Shown here: positions 22,484 to 31,551 of the stretch, in pieces
Numbering within the stretch: position 1 is the first letter of the stretch
How the letters are laid out: every line of letters begins with the position of its first letter
Source: Folioceros fuciformis
Lineage: Eukaryota
DNA: 34,960 nucleotides
Direction of reading: 5' to 3'
Assembly (NCBI GenBank): GCA_049999805.1
Contig: JBNGIO010006099.1
Coordinates: forward strand, 190,283-225,242
Notes under the pieces: model-generated
Databases searched by the model: none
What the model was told of the DNA's origin: nothing
The model's input: the letters and a program-made list of their open reading frames with translations, nothing else
Translations under genes and position numbers: made by a program

Positions 22484-24532
22484 TTAAAAATACTCTCCAG
22501 ATTTAAATGAGAAGAAATGGACATATTCAGATTGGAATTCTATTTTATTCAGACCTTCAATTACTTCGTTGACATTTCCAAAGTTTTTTCGCTTTGCTTT
22601 AATTTCGATATGAGATTTTTTGAAATAGAAGAAAACAGAAAGAGAATAGATAAAGCCGAGCCTCTCATCCTCCTCCGAGACATCGACGAAGAGAGAGCCC
22701 TCTTCTTTCACCCCTGGGTCCGAAGTGTAGTGTGGGTCGAGATCACGAGTGCTGTACACCACCACACCTAGTCGCAGCTGACCACGGCAGCTAGCGTTAA
22801 TTGTCAGCTCCTTACATTGGTTCAACTTCACCGGCTCATTGTCCCTCACAAGGACCTTGAAGACGTTGAGACACTTGAGTTTCCCTTCCGCCATCACCAT
22901 CAAGTCAAGTGGATCCTTGTCTTCCTCGAAATTCCTGATAACACGAATGCCGTATGTTCTTCGTGAAACCCTGATCAGTGTATTGAGGATGTCCGGCAGC
23001 GTCATTCCTAGCACGACAGCCCCTTGGCAGATGACGCTACCAGGGTCTGGCGGGCACAGGATCCCCTGCACGCGCCGGTGCTTGTGGAAGGCATCGTGCA
23101 CCCTCTTCAAGAAATAAGGCGATGCGGTGAAGGCCCCCACGAGTACGAGCCGATACACAGTGGAAGATAGATGGTTGTGGATGATGTTGAGTATTCGATC
23201 CACCGCAGGATCGAAGATCGTGGCCATGTCCTGCGTCGTGAGCGTGACCTCGTGGTAGCCGCTTCTCCTCATGGTTACGCAATTAGACTCGTCTTCATGT
23301 TTTTTCCAAGCCCTGGCCAGCTTGTCGGGCAGCTCCAAAGTGAACACCCCCTCTAGACTCCCATCGAATCTCCTCTTCAAATACTCCCACGTCTGCAGCA
23401 CTGATGCCATGGCCAGCGGATTCTGCTTAAGGAAACACGGGAGGAAGGTGCCTACCTTGGTGGAGAGGAGTTTCATAAAACTTAAGTCCACCAAGGTCCC
23501 TCCGCACACATCCTGCGTGGTAGCTCCCGGACTGTGAGCTTTAACTCCATATGTCTGGGTGCCATACACGCGCGTGATATTCACCGTTTCTCCTCCCACA
23601 TCAATTACCAAGAACTCTGCTCCCATCTTCCAAGGCATTTCCAATGGCCTCCAGTTCCAGATGCAGTAAGCGGCCACAGCATCTACCTCTAGAGGCATGA
23701 GCAAAGGAAAAGGGCTGGCAGCATCCACCATTCCGCTCGGACAGAAAGGTCCAACCACCATCCCTGCTCTCTCCGCACAGTACCGCAAGTGCTGCTTGGC
23801 GTTTTCGTCCATGGCGGCAGGCACTGTGAGACACCATTGCACCTCCCTCATCGACATCTGTTGGCCGTATGTGCTTTGCAAGTGACGTATAATAAAATCG
23901 GCAATGCTATGAAGGAAATCCGTTGTGGCTCTATGCATCGTCACATGTTGAAGCGAGCAAAACATGTCTGAAGGCACAATCTCAGTTCCCTTGGATGTCT
24001 TCCTCACACAATTTTGAACCCTCCTATTTTTGCCATTCCATACATGATTTCGAACCTCCCTGGTATTCTCCTTGATCCCTTCCCTGCCGAACTGCTCCTC
24101 GTTGAATGCCTCCAAGCTCATCTTGTCCTTCGTCTTCAAGTTGAAGTCCCCAAAGAACTTTCTCACGTAAAAGCCCTCTTCTTGCACTCCGATTGGAGCT
24201 ATGAAGTCGTCTTTAATCCTATCTGCAACTGATGCAAACTGGTTCTCGACATCGGACACAATGTGCAAAGAGTGTAAATACTGCATCTCGGCACCCCAGC
24301 CCCAGTCCTTGAGCACAAAGCCGGGATCTGCAGATCCGCCGTTGCACTCTCCCAAATTATGTATATAGTACAAACTGGTTTGCGACTTGGAGTATATCCT
24401 TTGGCCTCCTTCATACACCATAGGCCATTCTTTGAAGGTATAAATATTCTGCAAATTCGACGTGTCTGTGAAAGCAAATGCTGAGAATGAAGCTCCTAAG
24501 TCCAACCCGATCACCACCCTTGGCTCTGCCAT
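22484..24532 (-). CDS. HSPA12-like atypical Hsp70 (actin-like ATPase fold), intronless, 682 aa
   Basis: The motif order matches HSPA12-type proteins: VVIGLDLGASFSAFAF, WCLTVPAAMDENAKQHLRYCAERAGM, LEVDAVAAYC, FLVIDVGGETVNIT, CGGTLVD, LVLVGAFTASPYF, QGAVVLG, RVSRRTYGI. There is no EEVD terminus. The ATG is at 24532; the ORF track starts at an upstream TTG. A TATA-like TATATA lies at about 24567-24572. Confidence 0.85.
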   Translation of the reverse strand: MAEPRVVIGLDLGASFSAFAFTDTSNLQNIYTFKEWPMVYEGGQRIYSKSQTSLYYIHNLGECNGGSADPGFVLKDWGWGAEMQYLHSLHIVSDVENQFASVADRIKDDFIAPIGVQEEGFYVRKFFGDFNLKTKDKMSLEAFNEEQFGREGIKENTREVRNHVWNGKNRRVQNCVRKTSKGTEIVPSDMFCSLQHVTMHRATTDFLHSIADFIIRHLQSTYGQQMSMREVQWCLTVPAAMDENAKQHLRYCAERAGMVVGPFCPSGMVDAASPFPLLMPLEVDAVAAYCIWNWRPLEMPWKMGAEFLVIDVGGETVNITRVYGTQTYGVKAHSPGATTQDVCGGTLVDLSFMKLLSTKVGTFLPCFLKQNPLAMASVLQTWEYLKRRFDGSLEGVFTLELPDKLARAWKKHEDESNCVTMRRSGYHEVTLTTQDMATIFDPAVDRILNIIHNHLSSTVYRLVLVGAFTASPYFLKRVHDAFHKHRRVQGILCPPDPGSVICQGAVVLGMTLPDILNTLIRVSRRTYGIRVIRNFEEDKDPLDLMVMAEGKLKCLNVFKVLVRDNEPVKLNQCKELTINASCRGQLRLGVVVYSTRDLDPHYTSDPGVKEEGSLFVDVSEEDERLGFIYSLSVFFYFKKSHIEIKAKRKNFGNVNEVIEGLNKIEFQSEYVHFFSFKSGEYF

Positions 24533-24599
24533 CCTCGAACCCAAGAACCATTTGCACTAGTCACCATATATAAATGAGCTAACATGACCGAGAATTCTC

Positions 24600-25587
24600 A
24601 GTTGAAGTTTATTTTTCTTACTAAGTATAACAATGGTTGTGGACATCTTAGAAGAATTTAGAATTTTTTTTACTAAATTAAGAGAAGATTGACTACCAAC
24701 ATCTTAGAAGAATTTAAAAATATATATGAAATTAGCAGGCGACGAAGAAAAAAAAAAAAAAAAAAAAAAAAACAACCATAGAATCACAGAATTTATGTAA
24801 GTTCATTTTTCTTACTAAGTTAAGATAAGACTGGCTGTAGACCTCTTAGAAAAATTTAGAAACATATACAGAACTAGCAAGGGACGAAGAATTCTATTAA
24901 AGTTCACTAAGAAACAGCCATAGAATCACAAAATTTATATAAGTTCATTTTCTTACTCAATTAAGATGAGAATGGTTGTGGATATCTTAGAAAGATTTAA
25001 AAATACATGTAGAAATAGTAAGGGACGAAGAATTCTATTAGAGTTCACTAAGAAAGCAGCCATTGAATCACAAAATTTATGTAAGTTTATTTTTCTTACG
25101 AATTAAGATAAGAATAGCTATGAACATTTTAGAAGGATTTAGAAATATATATGGAACTAACAAGAGTCAAAGAATTTTATTAGAGTTAACTAAAAAGCAG
25201 TCATAGAATCACAAAATTTATATAAGTTTATTTTTCTTACTAAATTAAGATAAGAATGACTATGGACATCTTAGAAGGATTTAGAAATATATAGGGAACT
25301 AGCATAATTTATGTANNNNNNNNNNNNNNNNNNNNNNNNNNNNNNNNNNNNNNNNNNNNNNNNNNNNNNNNNNNNNNNNNNNNNNNNNNNNNNNNNNNNN
25401 NNNNNNNNNNNNNNNTCTTAAAAAGATTTAGAAATATATATAGAACTAACAGGGACGAATAATTCTCTTAGAGTTCACCAAGAAAACAACAATAGAATCA
25501 CAAAATTTACACAAAGTTCATTTTTCTTACTAAATTATGATAAGAATGGCTATGGACATCTTAGATGGATTTAGAAATATATATAGA
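24600..25587. repeat. AT-rich ~142-bp satellite array upstream of the HSPA12-like gene (contains a 100-N gap at 25316-25415)
   Basis: GAATCAC anchors at 24781, 24923, 25065 and 25206 give periods of 142, 142 and 141, with a further copy after the gap. Units share TTTTCTTACTAA.TTAAGATAAGAATG...ACATCTTAGAA..ATTTAGAAA. Confidence 0.92.
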
Positions 25588-27698
25588 GGAGAGGAGTTTC
25601 ATAAAACTCAAGTCCACCAAGGTCTCTCCGCACACATCCTGCGTGGTAGCTCCCGGACTGTGAGCTTTAACTCCATAAGTTTGGGTGCCCTACACGCGCG
25701 TAATATTCACCGTTTCTCCTCCCACATCAATTACCAAGAACTCTGCTCCCATCTTCCAAGGCATTTCCAATGGCCTCCAGTTCCAGATGCAGTAAGCGGC
25801 CACAGCATCTACCTCTAGAGGCATGAGCAAAGGAAAGAGGCTGGCAGCATCCACCATTCCGCTCGGACAGAAAGGTCCAACCACCATCCCTGCTCTCTCC
25901 ACACAATACCGCAAGTGCTGCTTGGCGTTTTCGTCCATGGCGGCAGGCACTATGAGACACCATTACACCTCCCTCATCGATATGTGTTGGCCGTATGTGC
26001 TCTGCAAGTGACGTATAATAAAATCGGCAATGCTATGAAGGAAATCCGTTGTGGCTCTATGCATCGTCACATGTTGAAGCGAGCAAAACATGTCTGAAGG
26101 CACAATCTCAATTCCCTTGGATGTCTTCCTCACACAATTTTGAACCCTCCTATTTTTGCCATTCCATACATGATTTCGAACCTCCCTGGTATTCTCCTTG
26201 ATCCCTTCCCTGCCGAACTGCTCCTCGTTGAATGCCTCCAAGCTCATCTTGTCCTTCGTCTTCACGTTGAAGTCCCCAAAGAACTTTCTCACGTAAAAGC
26301 CCTCTTCTTGCACTCCGATTGGAGCTATGAAGTCATCTTTAATCCTATCTACAACTTGTTAGAAATCAAGCTCTAACTGAATTTGTTATTAAGAGCATAC
26401 AACACTTAGGATAGTGTAGATTATCCCATATTGAACTCGTAGTTATCTATCACCTAAGTGTTATCAGGATATACTAGGATATTGCACCCGCGAGACTAAG
26501 GCTTACCTTATAATCGAGACCATACTGTTGTGCATATCCCTTTGCAACCAACCTGGCCTTGTAACGCTCCAGCGTTCCATCTGACTTGAACTTCAGCTTG
26601 TACACCCACTTAGAACCAATAGGAACCTTGCCATCAGGCAATTGAACCAAATTCCACGTTCCATTCTCAACTAATGCTGAGTATTCCTCATCTATGGCCT
26701 GACACCACTTATCATCTGCCTAAGCAAACTTGGTTGGCTCCTTACAAGCTGTGACTCTTGTCATATACACATAATGTTGCGCATTGTAGCTTGTATAGGT
26801 GTACTTGTCAATGGGTTTCCTAACCCTCTCAGATCTCCTTGGTCTTGGTTCATTTTGAACCTGCCTTGCATATTGTTGCTCCTTAGCACCTGGTGTTTCC
26901 ACAGACGGAATGCCAAACTCATTGTCAATGCTCTCACTACTTGAGGATTCATATCCCTCATTTCCAGTTTTGCTGCTTTCTACTCTCCCCCTCACTGACA
27001 TATCCGAGTCAGTGGTCTTCGGTTTACCATCCCGTAGTCTTCCAGACCATGGATCCACCATTGGTCACATCCTCACTCTTTGCTGGAGTACTCTTAACAG
27101 TACTCTCCCCTGTGGGTTCGTCAAAGGGTAGTGCAACTGAGTTGCTATACCAGGAGGCTAACTCATCAAATACCACATCCCTCCTTATCAGGATCTCATG
27201 TGTGGATGGCACATAACACTTATATGCCTTCCTATTTCGTGCATACCCCAGAAAAACACTCTCCACTGCTTTAGGATCCAGCTTCCTACGCTTCTCATCA
27301 GGTACATGCACATATGCAATGCACCCAAACACTTTCAAGTGCCTAATATCCGGCTTACAGCCATACAGTCTCTCAATTGGTGTAGCATCACTGATGCAAA
27401 CTGGTTCTCGACATTGGACACAATGTGCAAAGAGTGTAAAATACTGCATCTGGGCACCCCAACCCCAGTCCTTGAGCACAAAGTCCTTGAGATCTGCAGA
27501 TCCGCCGCTGCGCTCTCCCAAATTGCATACATAGTACAAACTGGTTTGCATCTTGGAGTATGTCCTTTGGACTCCTTCATACACCATAGGTCATTCTTTG
27601 AAGGTATAAATATTCTGCAAATTCGATGTATCAGTGAAAGCAAACGCCGAGAACGAAGCTCTTGAGTCCAACCCAATCACCACCCTTGGCTCAACCAT
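25588..27698 (-). pseudogene. 3'-truncated tandem pseudogene copy of the HSPA12-like gene, interrupted by a copia fragment
   Basis: 25588-26356 aligns to 23462-24230 and 27390-27720 aligns to about 24228-24555. It has premature stops (TGG>TGA near 27592, CAA>TAA at 25963-25965, TAT>TAG at 25690-25692), a +1 frameshift near 27440, and lacks the 3' half. Confidence 0.95.
26357..27389 (-). mobile_element. Ty1/copia LTR retrotransposon remnant (integrase C-terminus, RT N-terminus, 3' LTR end)
   Basis: TPIERLYGCKPDIRHLKVFGCIAYVHVPDEKRRKLDPKA...RDVVFDE; RRSERVRKP; KWCQAIDEEYSALVENGTWNLVQLPDGKVPIGSKWVYKLK...ERYKARLVAKGYAQQYGLDY. It contains a frameshift and a stop. The left boundary begins TGTT right after host CAACT. 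Confidence 0.95.
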
Positions 27699-27769
27699 CC
27701 TCGAACCCAACGACCATTTGCACTAGTCACCATATATAAATGAGCTAACATGACCGAGAATTCTCAGTT

Positions 27770-28000
27770 GAAGTTTATTTTTCTTACTAAGTATAACAAT
27801 GGTTGTGAACATCTTAGAAGAATTTAGAATTGTTTTTACTAAATTAAGAGAAGAATGACTATGAACATCTCATAAGGATTTAAAAATATATATGAAATTA
27901 GCAGGTGACAAAAAATTCTATTAGAGTTCACTAAAAAACAACCATAGAATCACCGAATTTATGTAAGTTCATTTTTCTTACTAAGTGAAGATAAGAATGG
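27770..28000. repeat. second, shorter block of the ~142-bp satellite, duplicated with the HSPA12-like promoter
   Basis: Aligns to about 24600-24830, including CATAGAATCAC..AATTTATGTAAGTTCATTTTTCTTACTAAGT. Confidence 0.88.
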
Positions 28001-29143
28001 ATACGGATCATGCGATATTTGATGTAGAGTTCTTATATGCCCATTTGGCCTAAGGTATCTAGAGAAGACAACTCTGCAAATGGGCAACCAAGGAGCACGT
28101 GGTTAGATGCAACTCCGTTAACAAGCAATGGTTAAGCAGCTCATGGTTAGAAGCAACTATGCTAATAAGCAACCAAGCAGACAAATGGTAACGTAACTTA
28201 ATTTCTAATTTGTAAAAAACGTTAGATCCTAATTATTATTATTTTAAATATTTAGTTATGTACTAATTTTTAATTTATTAATAATTAGCTATATTGGCTA
28301 ATGTGATTAACAAATTAGTAATTAAGCGGCATTGCCCGTTGTCTAGGTGAACAGTTGTATTTACTATTGTTCCCGCTCGCCCGCTCCCAATCACTCCCAG
28401 TGGCCCACTCACCTCACTCCCTCCTACTCCTGCTCCGCTAAGCTCCACTCCACTCCCTCCCCTGCTCTGCTAAGGGCTATTTCCCATGGGGCTAAACCTG
28501 ACCACGGTTTCCAATACGACAAGATGTGCCATCAATGCTCACCTTGTCGTAATATGGGATGAGACCTGGTTGAGCCCGGGTTTCTTCCCTATCCTTTTTA
28601 GTGAGGTACATTGTGGTCAGGTGACCCGTGTGGTCACTCTGTCACTCAAACTTATCTTCAATTACTAATAAGTTAGTCAAGTTACTCATCATACTTGTCC
28701 AGGTTTCAATTTTGGTTGTGATGGTGTCTGTGCCATGCTTGAATGCATTGGCGGGTATGCCTATACAAAGCAATGTGGCTAGCAGAAGGCAAGCTATGTG
28801 TGATACATCCGAAGAACGTGCAACATGGCGCCTGAAAACCACCTTCCCTCATAGGTCAAAAGTTAAGATATTAGTGGTTCAAGCCACCCGGCAAGAGGAT
28901 TTTGTGAGAATAGTAGAGGGTGGGATTTGCAAGAAGACCAAGATTGCTGTGGAGTGATGGGATCGCATCAGTGAGGCATGTTGAATTGTGCCACTAAAAC
29001 ATCACACTCATGCATGGTTCAATAGTTAACAATACTCACACCACACCACATTACACACACATTAAACACTACATGATGGTGCTGCAGCTCTATTAAGAGT
29101 GAAGCGTTTGCTTCCTTCAGACACCACAAAATCTCCTTCACCT

Positions 29144-29364
29144 ACATCCACACTTCTTAGAGCTGTAACTTACATCCACACTTCTTAGAGCTGTAATTAC
29201 ATCCACACTTCTTAGAGCTGTAACTTACATCCACACTTCTTAGAGCTGTAATTACATCCACACTTCTTAGAGCTGTAACTTACATCCACACTTCTTAGAG
29301 CTGTAATTACATCCACACTTCTTAGAGCTGTAACTTACATCCACACTTCTTAGAGCTGTAACTT
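29144..29364. repeat. near-perfect 27/28-bp minisatellite, 8 copies
   Basis: Unit ACATCCACACTTCTTAGAGCTGTAA(C)TT starts at 29144, 29172, 29199, 29227, 29254, 29282, 29309 and 29337. Confidence 0.97.
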
Positions 29365-30035
29365 GGCTTCTTAAATCCTTGATCGGGTCACATGATCTTG
29401 CACACTGCGCACACACACACCTCAACCGGATTCCAACAAGAGAATGCTCCTCAAGAGAAAGCTTATTCCCAAATACAAGAGAATACAAGCTTACAGCTGT
29501 AGCGTACACCGCTGAGCTAGGCTTTTATGCCTGCTACCTCAGACTTACCTCAGACCTACTGCAACCACATCCACATATCTAGTTGACTTTATATTATATT
29601 ATATTTTTTTAATAATCTCAACTAAATAATTATTAATTACCACGAATGTCATGCATTACTTAATTATTAACTAATTATTTGCATGCATCTAAGCGATAGT
29701 ACACAATCATGCTTAACAACCCTGAAAAACCTAGCAAGTCTTGAAGACAACAAGCCAATGCAAGGATAAGTTCTAGAGCTTGCATATAGACTTCAAGAAA
29801 ATTTGAGACTACAAGAGGCACATACCTACTGGTAGACCATCTTCCTGGAATATGGTGCTAGAAAAGAAAGTTTAGAATAGGTTACCAAAGTCTTTTAACA
29901 AGTTTGTTTATGAGCAAATGCTAGAATGGTTAGGGGAAAGTAGAATTTTGCACGGAAGGACATTCAGAGCATGCACAAAACACATTCGAGTACAAGTTAT
30001 ATGATGATGGTAGAGACCCTTCATAAGTACGGCGC

Positions 30036-30153
30036 GTGCGTCCTCGTCAATTTCTGAGACTGCGGAGTGCGTCCTCGTCAATTTCTGAGACTGCGGAGTC
30101 ACCTACAAAGCGTGGTAGCTAGACTGCGGAGTCACCTACAAAGCGTGGTAGCT
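30036..30153. repeat. two interlocked perfect tandem duplications (31 bp x2 and 33 bp x2)
   Basis: 30036-30066 = 30067-30097 and 30088-30120 = 30121-30153. The two share AGACTGCGGAGT. Confidence 0.93.
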
Positions 30154-30199
30154 ATTCAAAGAAACGTAGGTCCAATGAAACAAAGTCTCCACTAGTTCA

Positions 30200-30810
30200 A
30201 GGACTTCTTCCCTTGCTCAAGGAGAATGATTCAGCATTCATAGACACCTTGAAGGGTATTGAAGATCGAAGGGATAGTAGACATGCTACTTCCTTAGAGT
30301 TTGAGAAAGAGAAACTACTTGTCTACACCACTCTCAACAGACAACTAGGTGAGGGCTACATACAAATTCTTCATGATGCTTGCATGTATCTCAGTGGCCT
30401 TGGCTTTATTAAATTTCAAGATACATCTTGTATGATCGTGTAATGATACACCGTGTCTTCATAACAAGCTCAATTCTTTTGACACTCATCACCTACACGT
30501 GTTGGCCTTTCACACGATCATTGTTGCCTAATACTCTACATGTAATCCATAAGGGTCTATCTATTTACTTCTCTTGTGTGTGCACCAGGATTAACAAAAT
30601 CTATAGGTTTGTGGACATCTTGCTCATATTCACACTCTAATGATTCGGTCATAGGTTCCACACCAATGTCAATGAGCATGTTGTGAAGAACACAACATGC
30701 ATATAAGACTTCAGAAAGATACTTCAGATTGCCTCTCCATGTCTTCCGCCCAAGTATCAGAAAAACACCCTTTGGTTGGCTGAAAGCTTGCTCGACAACA
30801 AGTAAAATCA
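30200..30810. mobile_element. PIF/Harbinger DNA transposon remnant (transposase C-terminus on -, possible partner-ORF C-terminus on +)
   Basis: Minus-strand VVEQAFSQPKGVFLIL...VLYACCVLHNMLID matches the Harbinger transposase end motif (VExAFGxLKGxF...ACCxLHN). The convergent helical ORF at 30213-30443 may be the tail of the Myb-like partner, which is weak inference. No TIRs were identified. Confidence 0.75.
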
Positions 30811-30899
30811 AGATGGAAAATTCTTCCAACCTGACAATGCAACAGACCGCTCCTGCTCCGCTGAGCTCCACCCCACTCCCGCCCCTTTTCGTCCGCCTT

Positions 30900-31450
30900 C
30901 TTCAGTCTGCTTGTGAACCTGGTTCCTGTCTTCCACATTCCCACAGGAGGGACTCAAACGTCACGCCATAGAAGTAAGGGCCTCCTGGCCCATGCCCTGC
31001 ACCAACTACGCCGCAGTCACCGAGCTCTAGGGTGCGCAAACAAACATATATAGTTTGAAGCGTGAAGATGCTTACCCTTCTCCCAACCTGGGGCACAACA
31101 TATCTGCAGAAGCAGGAAACATGGGAAGGCAACGAGGGGAAGATGCCTTCCCCTTCCACACCACAATAGAGACTTTGAAAGAGCTTCATTGCCTATGCCC
31201 CTGCCGCAGGTATCCTGCAATTAGGCAGTCCTTGTAGCTACATGTCATTCTGATCAAGACCGACAAACTGTCTTACGACATCCTCCAAACTTCCACACTT
31301 TGCAAACATGATTACCAAAACGTTGCGAACGACAGAATCACCTGGCCCTTCCTCGGATGTGTGCATAAAGCTCCCTCGAAAGCTGGCTAGCCCACACTCA
31401 CTGAAAACTTTTAAAGCCATGCTGCTTCTTGGTGCTGTTGTGAAAATGGT
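30900..31450 (-). pseudogene. second degraded PLS-class PPR fragment
   Basis: DSVVRNVLVIMFAKCGSLEDVVRQFVGLDQND, then AMKLFQSL and GVTFESLLWECG, broken by stops and frameshifts. Confidence 0.7.
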
Positions 31451-31551
31451 GACCACCTTCCTGGTTAAATATGGCCTGAAGCGAATATCCTGTGACATGG
31501 CCCCTCCTGACCCGGTCAATAGAGTCACTCATCATGCAACTCCTCCCTGAT

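Noticed and set aside
28480-28960. Possible Myb/trihelix remnant of the Harbinger element
   Set aside because: The resemblance is too weak and interrupted to support without an HMM search.
29144-29364. CRISPR-like array of 27-28-bp repeats (also the 28-bp repeats at 32743 and 33-bp repeats at 8)
   Set aside because: The units are contiguous with no unique spacers, there are no cas genes, and the context is eukaryotic.
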